A DNA stretch of 38,937 nt from Bacteroidales bacterium (GTDB lineage: Bacteria; Bacteroidota; Bacteroidia; Bacteroidales; Paludibacteraceae). Below the pieces are notes generated by a model. That model worked only from the letters and a program-made list of their open reading frames with translations, made no database searches and had not been told where the DNA came from. The DNA lies in NCBI GenBank assembly GCA_900768725.1, contig CAAGDU010000154.1, positions 1 through 38,937 on the forward strand. The letters are read 5' to 3'. Shown piece by piece: positions 14,939 through 22,547 of the stretch. The number at the start of each line of letters is the position of its first letter. Positions within the stretch are counted from its first letter, which is position 1. Position numbers and translations under genes: made by a program.

Positions 14939-16600
14939 ATGAAAAAGATATTTCAAATACTGGGTTTAGTAAGTTGTATGGTGTTTGTCGGATGTGAGAA
15001 CTATCTGACCAATGTGCCGCAAGATACCCTTACTGCTGACAACTACTATACTTCCGAACGCGCGATCGAGCAAAACTGCTATTCACTCTATGCTGCCAAG
15101 ACATGGAGCAATTTCCAAATGAGTTTCATGTGGATGGCAGGCGATGAGTTGGCAGGAGACATGTTCTATACCTACGACCAAGAGGGGCAGTTCTACTATG
15201 CCTCCTTTGGCTCCAACAATGCGTATCTGACGCAAGGCTGGAAAGGTCTGTATCGTGTTATCTCTTTTGCGAACAATATCATCAACGATATGCCTGCGGC
15301 GGCTCGTGCGAACGACCTTAGCGAGGCGGCTATTGAGCAGGGCGTGGCGCAAGCCCGCTGCGTGCGTGCCATTGCCTACTATTTCCTGACGGAGTATTGG
15401 GGCGCAGTTACCATCGTGGAGGACAACCTGAGCCTGATGAGCACGCCGCTCTACCGCCATACGCAAGATGATGTGTATCGCTTCATCGTAGAAGATCTGC
15501 TGTACGCCGAGCGCATCTTGCCCGCACAGCAGAGTGTGAAGGGAATGGCTACCAAGTGGACCGCCAAGGGTATGCTCGCCAAGGTATATCTGACCATGGC
15601 TTCCCACCTCGACAACCCCAATTCCGCCACCTATTTCGCCCAAGCCAAAGCGTATGCGAAGGATGTGATAGAGAACAGCGGATTGCAACTCTATCCTGAC
15701 TATTCCACGCTCTTTGACATCGAGGCGAACAACTGCGATGAGTCGCTGTTTGCCATTCAGAACATGGTGGCGGGCTATGCCTACGGCAACTCACGCAATG
15801 CGCACTGGAGCCGCGACACCCGTATCAGTGATGTGGCGTGGGGACAAGGCAAAGGACCGACCATCTCGCTGCAAGAGAGTTACACGCCAGACGACCAACG
15901 TCGCCAATGGGTATATATGACCTTGGGAGATTACTATCCCAACCTGAACAAGGCAGAGGGCGGCTATACCTATCAGTATGTCTATCGCGACCCCGTTACC
16001 CACAATAAGTTGGAGACGAGCAACGAGATGCTGGCAAACCTGAAGAAGTATGTCATCGGCAAGTCGGCAGACACCAACGGTGGTGTAGGCGACCAGCAAG
16101 ATGCTGCCAACAACACCTATCTGCTCCGTTTGGCAGATGTGTATATGGTGTATGTAGAGGCATGTATCGGTGCCGGCGACCGGACGGACGATGCCTTGGC
16201 ATTGCAGGTGTTCAATCGGGTGCACCATGACCGCGCAGGTCTGCCGGAGAAGACCACGCCTATCACCTACGATGAACTGATTAAGGAGCGCCGTTGCGAG
16301 TTTGCGCTTGAGGGTATCAACTTCTTTGATATCAAGCGTATGTTCTACCGCAACGAGAACTTGGCAATACGCTACCTCAATCGTATGGAGCGCCATCGTG
16401 CTTACTACGACAATGGCTCCACCGAGACTAACGAGAACGTGTCGCCCTTCGTGGACGAAGCCAACTCGCCCTACGAACTGAACCCCTCTTACGAGCCTAT
16501 TCTTATCTCGAAAGACCAGATGTACTTGCCTGTACCGGGGTCGGAAATCACCTCTTCGCCGACCCTCGCCGAAGATCCCGTGAAGTACTATCAGGACTAA
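14939..16600 (+). CDS. SusD/RagB-family nutrient-binding outer-membrane lipoprotein.
   Basis: The lipoprotein signal is MKKIFQILGLVSCMVFVGC. A TPR-like SusD body follows (ERAIEQNCYSLYA, RCVRAIAYYFLTEYWG, ERRCEFALEGINFFDIKR). It starts immediately after susC. An alternative ATG is at 14930. Confidence 0.92.
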   Translation: MKKIFQILGLVSCMVFVGCENYLTNVPQDTLTADNYYTSERAIEQNCYSLYAAKTWSNFQMSFMWMAGDELAGDMFYTYDQEGQFYYASFGSNNAYLTQGWKGLYRVISFANNIINDMPAAARANDLSEAAIEQGVAQARCVRAIAYYFLTEYWGAVTIVEDNLSLMSTPLYRHTQDDVYRFIVEDLLYAERILPAQQSVKGMATKWTAKGMLAKVYLTMASHLDNPNSATYFAQAKAYAKDVIENSGLQLYPDYSTLFDIEANNCDESLFAIQNMVAGYAYGNSRNAHWSRDTRISDVAWGQGKGPTISLQESYTPDDQRRQWVYMTLGDYYPNLNKAEGGYTYQYVYRDPVTHNKLETSNEMLANLKKYVIGKSADTNGGVGDQQDAANNTYLLRLADVYMVYVEACIGAGDRTDDALALQVFNRVHHDRAGLPEKTTPITYDELIKERRCEFALEGINFFDIKRMFYRNENLAIRYLNRMERHRAYYDNGSTETNENVSPFVDEANSPYELNPSYEPILISKDQMYLPVPGSEITSSPTLAEDPVKYYQD

Positions 16601-16651
16601 TTTAATTAAGAATTAAGAATGCGTAGCCACTAACTACTGACCACTAACCAC
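16601..16651. repeat. Intergenic array: TAAGAATT octamers (inverse orientation of 8319-8350) plus CCACTAA-type heptamers.
   Basis: tttaattaagaattaagaat followed by gccactaactactgaccactaaccacc. These are the same unit families as at 8319-8350 and 33642-33708. Confidence 0.7.
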
Positions 16652-16662
16652 CATCTATTCTT

Positions 16663-17937
16663 ATGAAACGTAAATTATTTATACTGACCACAATGGTAGC
16701 CGCGCTGCTTTTCATGGGATGCCAAGACAATAATAATCCCACCGTGAAAGGCAATGGTAAGCCGGCTCAGATTGATTATATCCGCACGCCTCATCCCGAG
16801 ACTGCCGACTCGGCTATCGTAGAAGCGGAGAAGTTGCAAACGATTGTTATTGTCGGCAGCAATTTGCAGGCGGTGAACCAAATCTTGTTTGATGATATTG
16901 AAGCATCGCTCAACCCTGCGTATATCACAGAGAAGACCATCCTCCTGACCGTGCCTTTCTCGGAGAAACGCACCAAGTTGCTCTCGCTCTTCACGTCAGA
17001 CAACCTTCGTACAGACTATGATTTCACTACCTTTATTCCTGCGCCAAAGTTGAACTCGCTCAAGTGTGAGTATGTGCCCGACGGGGACATTGCGCAGATA
17101 CGCGGGTCGTATTTCTACGAGCCTTTGACGGTATGGTTTCGCACGGGTGCTAACGGAGCAGACTCTATAGAGGCGGAGATTACTGTGTTCGACGGTAACA
17201 ATATCAGCGTGGTAGTGCCGACCGGTGCGGAGGAAGGCACGCTGACCGTGCAGAGCAAGTACGGACAGTCGGTGTCTAAATTCCGTTTCCGCGACCATAC
17301 AGGTCTGATTACCGACTGCAATATTGAGTTCAATGCAAATGGTAAGCGTTGGGGCAACCCGTGGGAAATTGGGTTGTGGGACGATGCGGAAGCCTGCGAT
17401 GGCGGCTATATGCTCTTCAAGCGTGAGCAGGTGGGTGAATGGTTCTGGAGCCAAGAAGACCTTGCCGGCTGCTATTGGGACTGCTACGATGCAATCAAGA
17501 CCCCCTACCTGCCTGCCGGCGATGACCTCACGCTCTATGGGCTACGCTTTGAAGCCAATGTGAAGACTTGGACTGACCTGCCTATGCATATTTGGTTCGC
17601 TTCGGGCAAAGAGGAGTTCGGCATGGGCAATGATGGTGCCACCGATACCCCGCAAGCCCATTGGTGCCCGTGGCTCGTAGCCGGAGATGCCACTTCGGGC
17701 GAATGGACAGTACAGGAGTATAAGACCGACGGCTGGGAAACCTTCACGATTCCTTTGACAGAGTTTAAGTATGACAAACTCGGACGCTTCAGCACCGATG
17801 GTCAGACGGGCTTGCTCATGGGCGATATGTCGAAATATATGAACCTCAACTTCATGATTTTCGGTATGCAGTGCGATAAGAATAGCAAGCATGATATAGA
17901 ACTCTATTTAGATAATCCTCGCTTAGTAAAACTATAA
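16663..17937 (+). CDS. Surface glycan-binding lipoprotein (SusE/F-position SGBP) with two IPT/TIG-like domains and a C-terminal glycan-binding domain.
   Basis: The lipobox is LLFMGCQDNN. The IPT-like segments are IVIVGSNLQAVNQILFDDIEASL..ILLTVP and IAQIRGSYFYEPLTVWF...ISVVVPTGAEEGTLTVQSKYGQS. It occupies the position directly after susD. Confidence 0.8.
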   Translation: MKRKLFILTTMVAALLFMGCQDNNNPTVKGNGKPAQIDYIRTPHPETADSAIVEAEKLQTIVIVGSNLQAVNQILFDDIEASLNPAYITEKTILLTVPFSEKRTKLLSLFTSDNLRTDYDFTTFIPAPKLNSLKCEYVPDGDIAQIRGSYFYEPLTVWFRTGANGADSIEAEITVFDGNNISVVVPTGAEEGTLTVQSKYGQSVSKFRFRDHTGLITDCNIEFNANGKRWGNPWEIGLWDDAEACDGGYMLFKREQVGEWFWSQEDLAGCYWDCYDAIKTPYLPAGDDLTLYGLRFEANVKTWTDLPMHIWFASGKEEFGMGNDGATDTPQAHWCPWLVAGDATSGEWTVQEYKTDGWETFTIPLTEFKYDKLGRFSTDGQTGLLMGDMSKYMNLNFMIFGMQCDKNSKHDIELYLDNPRLVKL

Positions 17938-17939
17938 TT

Positions 17940-19421
17940 ATGAAAAGAATAGCAATTATCATTTGTGTTTGTCTCGTAGCCTTCGGGCTTTCGGCGCAGA
18001 CCTATCAGGCAGAGAACGGCACCTACCAAGGTACTGTGAACAACGGTTTCGTTGAGATACGTAATGACGGGGACTATGCTCAGGTGTCTTTCTCGTTGAG
18101 TGCGCAGGCTTCGTATGACATCTATGTCGCCTATCAGTCTCCGTATGGTGATAAGGAAATGACCGTAACGGTGAATGGAGTGAGCGGTACGCTGGCTATC
18201 CCCACCGCTTCGGGCAGTACGGAAATCAAATATGCTACGATGACCCTGCCCGCCGGCAGCAACACCATCAAGGTCAGCGCACCGTGGACGTGGTTTGATG
18301 TGGACTATATCCGTATCGCTACGGCAGGGTCCGGCGGCGGCAACGGTGGCGGAGGAAATACGGAACTGACCGACCATGGTTTTATCGTAAGCGGCAAACA
18401 GTTGCTCGATGCGAAGAACAACCCGTTTGTAATTCGCGGTACGAACCTTGCTTACGCATGGTACAAAGGTTTTGGCTATCAGAACCAGATTGCGCAGATG
18501 CGTGCCCGTGGTGCCAATGCCGTCCGCATCGTGTTGAGCAACGGCAATGAGTACTACAAAGATGGTGCCTCCACGGTGCAGCAGATGATAGCCTATTGCG
18601 AGCAGCAGAAGATGGTGGCTATCCTCGAGGTGCATGATGCTACCGGCAGCAACGCGACCTCCGCACTGACGGCGGCGGTGGACTATTGGAAAGAGATGAA
18701 ATCGGTGCTGCAAGGGCATGAGCATACGGTGATTATCAATATCGCCAACGAATGGCTCGGGGACTGGAATTCCAACACATGGGAGAGCGCCTATAAGACC
18801 GCTATCACCACCCTGCGCAACGAGGGCATAGAACACTGCATCATGATTGATGCCGATGGTTACGGACAGCATGCCGCTACCATCCCGCAGAAAGGTAATT
18901 CCGTGTTGCAAGCCGACCCTGATAAGAACGTGATATTCTCTATCCACATGTACGGCACTGCCGGCAGTCCGAGCAGCGCACAGAGCAATATCCAGAATGT
19001 GCTGAACCAAAATCTCTGTCTCTGTGTCGGCGAGTTTGGCTGGTACCATTCCGATGGCGATGTGGATGAGGATGCAATCATCAGCAAGTGTGCTGCAGAG
19101 AAAGTAGGGTGGTGCGCATGGTCTTGGTGGGGAAATGGCTCACCGGTGCAGTACCTTGATATGGTATCTGACCAAAACAACGGTACTCCCGCCTCGCAAT
19201 CCTACGGCAACTATTCCTGCGCGTGGGGACAAAAGATATACGATGCGTGGAAAGCGGACAGCCAGTTATGCACCGTCTATACCGATGCACCTACTGCTGA
19301 CTTTGAAGCAACCGACTACGAAGCCGATCAACTCCGTCCGCGCAAGGTTCTTCGCGATGAGCAAGTGCTCATACAAATAGGCGACCAACTCTACAACCTC
19401 CAAGGCGTAAGAGTACAGTGA
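17940..19421 (+). CDS. Secreted endo-beta-1,4-mannanase: N-terminal CBM6/35-like domain plus a GH5 catalytic domain.
   Basis: A signal peptide precedes the CBM-like YQAENGTYQGTV...WTWFDVDYIRI and a Gly linker GSGGGNGGGGN. GH5 motifs are FVIRGTNLAYAW, GANAVRIVL, the NIANEW acid/base motif and the CVGEFGW nucleophile motif. The C-terminal motif is QVLIQIGDQLYNLQGVRVQ. Confidence 0.85.
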   Translation: MKRIAIIICVCLVAFGLSAQTYQAENGTYQGTVNNGFVEIRNDGDYAQVSFSLSAQASYDIYVAYQSPYGDKEMTVTVNGVSGTLAIPTASGSTEIKYATMTLPAGSNTIKVSAPWTWFDVDYIRIATAGSGGGNGGGGNTELTDHGFIVSGKQLLDAKNNPFVIRGTNLAYAWYKGFGYQNQIAQMRARGANAVRIVLSNGNEYYKDGASTVQQMIAYCEQQKMVAILEVHDATGSNATSALTAAVDYWKEMKSVLQGHEHTVIINIANEWLGDWNSNTWESAYKTAITTLRNEGIEHCIMIDADGYGQHAATIPQKGNSVLQADPDKNVIFSIHMYGTAGSPSSAQSNIQNVLNQNLCLCVGEFGWYHSDGDVDEDAIISKCAAEKVGWCAWSWWGNGSPVQYLDMVSDQNNGTPASQSYGNYSCAWGQKIYDAWKADSQLCTVYTDAPTADFEATDYEADQLRPRKVLRDEQVLIQIGDQLYNLQGVRVQ

Positions 19422-19422
19422 T

Positions 19423-19486
19423 AATTTGAAAATTTGTAAATTTGAAAATTATTACCATCGTAAATTGTAATTCGTAAATCGTAAAT
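19423..19486. repeat. Intergenic tandem arrays: AATTTG(A/T)A octamers (19423-19450) and CGTAAAT heptamers (19459-19486).
   Basis: The octamers read aatttgaa aatttgta aatttgaa aatt. The heptamers read cgtaaat tgtaatt cgtaaat cgtaaat. GC-rich module W and a G4-type motif follow at 19492-19558. Confidence 0.75.
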
Positions 19487-19578
19487 TTTCCCCCTCCCTT
19501 TCCGGGGTCCCCGCAAGCAACGCGCAGTGGGGTGGCTTCAGGGAGGGACGGGGTGGGGCCCGAAATTTCCCTTCCCTT

Positions 19579-20748
19579 ATGTCTATTACTCAATTCTTCC
19601 AAAAGACTCTGTTCGTCTGCGTGTTGGCAGGGTGCTGCCTATCGTGCGAAAACCCGAATGCCAACGGTGGCGGTGAGGTGAATCCGCCTGACACTACGGT
19701 TACTAACCCGAAAGATACGGTGCCCGTGGAGGTGGTGGATACCACGCTCTACGATTGTGATGCGCTCTGCACGCCCTCGCCCTCGCCCGAAACGCAGAAA
19801 GTATATCGTTTCCTTCGGCAGATATACGGCAGGAAGATTTTGTCAGGTGCTATGGCGTGCGTCAATTGGAATGTGAATGAGGCGGAGTGGGTGCATTACC
19901 ACACGGGGAAATACCCTGCCACCACCTGCTTCGACCTGATACAAGCCACCATGACCGACCAGTGGGCAAAAAACACATACGCTTCCTATGCCGTTTATGA
20001 AGACTGGTGGAAGAACCACGGGCTGGTGCAGGGTATGTGGCATTTCATGGTGCCGAAGACCGAGAGTACCACCACAACTTCTTCATCCGCTACCTACAAG
20101 CCCGAAGAGACTACTTTCCGTGCCGTCAATGTGCCGAAAGAGGGCACATGGGAGCACACGCTCTTCGTGGAGAACATAGACATCGTGGCGAGGATCTTGC
20201 AGGGATTTCAAGAGAGACATATACCCGTTATATGGCGTCCGTTCCATGAGGCAGCAGGCGGCTGGTTCTGGTGGGGAAAAGATGCAGAGGCGGAGGTATG
20301 GATGTGGCGATATATGTACGACCGTTTTGTGAACCATTTTGGTCTGAACAACTTGATTTGGGTGTGGACGACCCAAGGATCCGATGCGGCTTGGTACCCG
20401 GGCGATGAGTATGTGGACATCGTGGCAAGAGACCTCTACAAGAAATCGCAGGCGCAGAGTTCCTATAGTTACTTTGCTTACGATGAGATGATGTATCCCA
20501 ACAAGATGTTGGCACTCTCGGAGTGCGGCAGTGTAGCCCCTATCGGTGAGCAGTGGGAAGCAGGAGCCAAGTGGCTCTATTTCATGCCGTGGTACGACAC
20601 CAAACGCAGTTCCTCCACATCGCCTAACTCTATCTATTTCACCGACACCACCACTCCCCATGAGCATGCCCCCATCGAATGGTGGAAGGCAGCATGGGAG
20701 CAACCCAATGTCCTCTCCCGTGAGGACCTCCCCTCCTTCGCTGAATAA
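19579..20748 (+). CDS. GH26 beta-mannanase (lipoprotein).
   Basis: The lipobox is LAGCCLSC. The GH26 hallmark PVIWRPFHEAAGGWFWWG is present, with the nucleophile region LALSECG. Confidence 0.88.
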   Translation: MSITQFFQKTLFVCVLAGCCLSCENPNANGGGEVNPPDTTVTNPKDTVPVEVVDTTLYDCDALCTPSPSPETQKVYRFLRQIYGRKILSGAMACVNWNVNEAEWVHYHTGKYPATTCFDLIQATMTDQWAKNTYASYAVYEDWWKNHGLVQGMWHFMVPKTESTTTTSSSATYKPEETTFRAVNVPKEGTWEHTLFVENIDIVARILQGFQERHIPVIWRPFHEAAGGWFWWGKDAEAEVWMWRYMYDRFVNHFGLNNLIWVWTTQGSDAAWYPGDEYVDIVARDLYKKSQAQSSYSYFAYDEMMYPNKMLALSECGSVAPIGEQWEAGAKWLYFMPWYDTKRSSSTSPNSIYFTDTTTPHEHAPIEWWKAAWEQPNVLSREDLPSFAE

Positions 20749-20784
20749 TTGTAACTAACAAACTTTTAATCATACTTATCTATT

Positions 20785-22197
20785 ATGAAACGCACATTTA
20801 CCTTTTTGAGTATGGCAGTAGCGTTGTTCCTCAACGCCAATGCCCAGTGTACAGACACTAAGACCCTCGTGGCAGCCACAGATTATGTAGAAGCCACGGC
20901 GGGTACCCCGAAACCTTCCGGCTTGGAAGTGAACCAAAATTACTATGGCGAGACCGGCGAGTTCCTCGATTGGAAAGGCACTACCGGCGAAGTCTATTTC
21001 CCCGTTTCGCTGCCTGCCAGCACCTATTCGTTTGCTGTGTCGCTTGTGAATTTTACCAACGCATGGATGAATATCTATTCCACCACAGGTACGGGCGATG
21101 CTTGCACCGTTGACGGTGTGGAGTATAAAAAACTCGACAACCATGGATTTGGAGAAAACTATGGAGAAACCTTTGCAGCGCAGACATGGAGCGGCGTAAC
21201 CTTGGCAGAGGGTGATTATGTCTTGGGTATATATGCAGAGAACTGGACTGCCCTCCGCGACATCGTTATCACCGCAGCCTCCGAGGTCTTCTGCGAGAGC
21301 GCAAGCAGCGAAACCTATCAACTGACCTTGCTGCCGACGGAGAACGGTACGGTTACCACCAACCAAGAGAGCCTGACGGCTATCCCCGAGAACACCCGCG
21401 TTGTCCTCACCGCTACCCCCGCCGCAGGATATGCGCTCAGCCAATGGGAGGATGCGAAGGGTAATGTGCTCTCTACGGCAAATCCCTTTGCTTTCAAGAT
21501 TACTTCGGATACCACTATCAAAGCCATCTTCGAGGAGATTCAGCCCGTCAGCACGATGATTGTTACCGGCACGGAAGCCAACCCCAATGCCGCGGCATAT
21601 AATGGAGAGGGTGGTGAGATGACGGTTACTTCCATAGCAGACCCTGTTAATGCGTTCAGCCACAATGTGCTCCAATTGGCTTACGCCATGCCTTCCGCAG
21701 CCGCCTATGCAGGCTGGTCTATCCATCGCGATGCTGCCTATTCGGCAAACGCCGAAGGCACTACGGGTATTGCTTTCTGGTATCGCACCGAGACGGCGAC
21801 GGACTCTGTAGCGCTCTTCCTGCAATACCGCTCCAGCGAGTACCCGCTCCAACTGCAAGCCACCAACGGACTCTGGCGTTACTGCTATGTCGCTCGCGAC
21901 ATGACCAATCCCGCTGAGAATATCCATTTCTATATCAATGGTGAGAAGGACGGACTCAAGACCGAGCAGGCAAACGGCAAACTCTTCATCACCGAGTTGC
22001 AGGCAACCAATGTAACGGCGGCGAGCGACAAGTCGGGTACTACAACCATCCTGAATGATGTTATCGGCAACCAACTGACGGACTACACCATCTTCGATGT
22101 GATGGGGCATCAGATGAATGTCTCCTCTCTCAACGAACTGCCTGCGGGTGTGTATGTCCTGACCAATGGTCAGCAGACTATGAAAGTGCTGCGTTAA
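20785..22197 (+). CDS. T9SS-sorted secreted protein: CBM6-like N-domain, InlB-B-repeat-like domain, CBM-like domain and Por CTD. Function unknown.
   Basis: After the signal peptide the N-domain reads CTDTKTL...GDYVLGIYAENW. The B-repeat-like segment is YQLTLLPTENGTVTT...VVLTATPAAGYALSQWED..TIKAIF. Then comes GTTGIAFWYRTE. The CTD is IFDVMGHQMNVSSLNELPAGVYVLTNGQQTMKVLR. Its first ~420 aa are collinear with the next gene. Confidence 0.8.
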   Translation: MKRTFTFLSMAVALFLNANAQCTDTKTLVAATDYVEATAGTPKPSGLEVNQNYYGETGEFLDWKGTTGEVYFPVSLPASTYSFAVSLVNFTNAWMNIYSTTGTGDACTVDGVEYKKLDNHGFGENYGETFAAQTWSGVTLAEGDYVLGIYAENWTALRDIVITAASEVFCESASSETYQLTLLPTENGTVTTNQESLTAIPENTRVVLTATPAAGYALSQWEDAKGNVLSTANPFAFKITSDTTIKAIFEEIQPVSTMIVTGTEANPNAAAYNGEGGEMTVTSIADPVNAFSHNVLQLAYAMPSAAAYAGWSIHRDAAYSANAEGTTGIAFWYRTETATDSVALFLQYRSSEYPLQLQATNGLWRYCYVARDMTNPAENIHFYINGEKDGLKTEQANGKLFITELQATNVTAASDKSGTTTILNDVIGNQLTDYTIFDVMGHQMNVSSLNELPAGVYVLTNGQQTMKVLR

Positions 22198-22254
22198 GCA
22201 ACAAAGGATTTTGTCTGCAAGATACCGCAATTTCGGTCTGGGGCGCAGCCAAAC

Positions 22255-22416
22255 TCCCCCGCCTCTCCTGAAAGGAGGGGAGGGGGTCAGGGGGCGGGAA
22301 GGTGTCCGGGTGCGCCCCGACCCATCGGGGCTGAAACTTGAAACCTGAAATTTGTAACTTGAAACTAAGCAGGCGAGGACGCCTGCGCACCCGGACACCC
22401 CGACTTGTTCGGACGG
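22255..22416. repeat. Composite intergenic repeat: poly-C/G palindrome module Z, then a unit bounded by perfect 15-bp inverted repeats (22301-22315 and 22385-22399) enclosing five GAAACTT heptamers, then a CCCCGACTTGT-CGG hairpin.
   Basis: ggtgtccgggtgcgc ... gcgcacccggacacc. Module Z, ctcccccgcctctcctgaaaggaggggaggggg, recurs inverted at 5759-5799. Module X recurs at 30823-30852 and 10555-10582. Module Y recurs at 28476-28504 and 33510-33538. Confidence 0.8.
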
Positions 22417-22547
22417 AAACGGAGCAAATCTTACTTTTGAAAGCACTACATATACAAACGGTTGGTGCCAAACCGCCCGTGATGCATTGAGACATCCTAT
22501 GTCCTATCTGCCACTCTGCTAACCTCCAACGACAAATACAATATATC

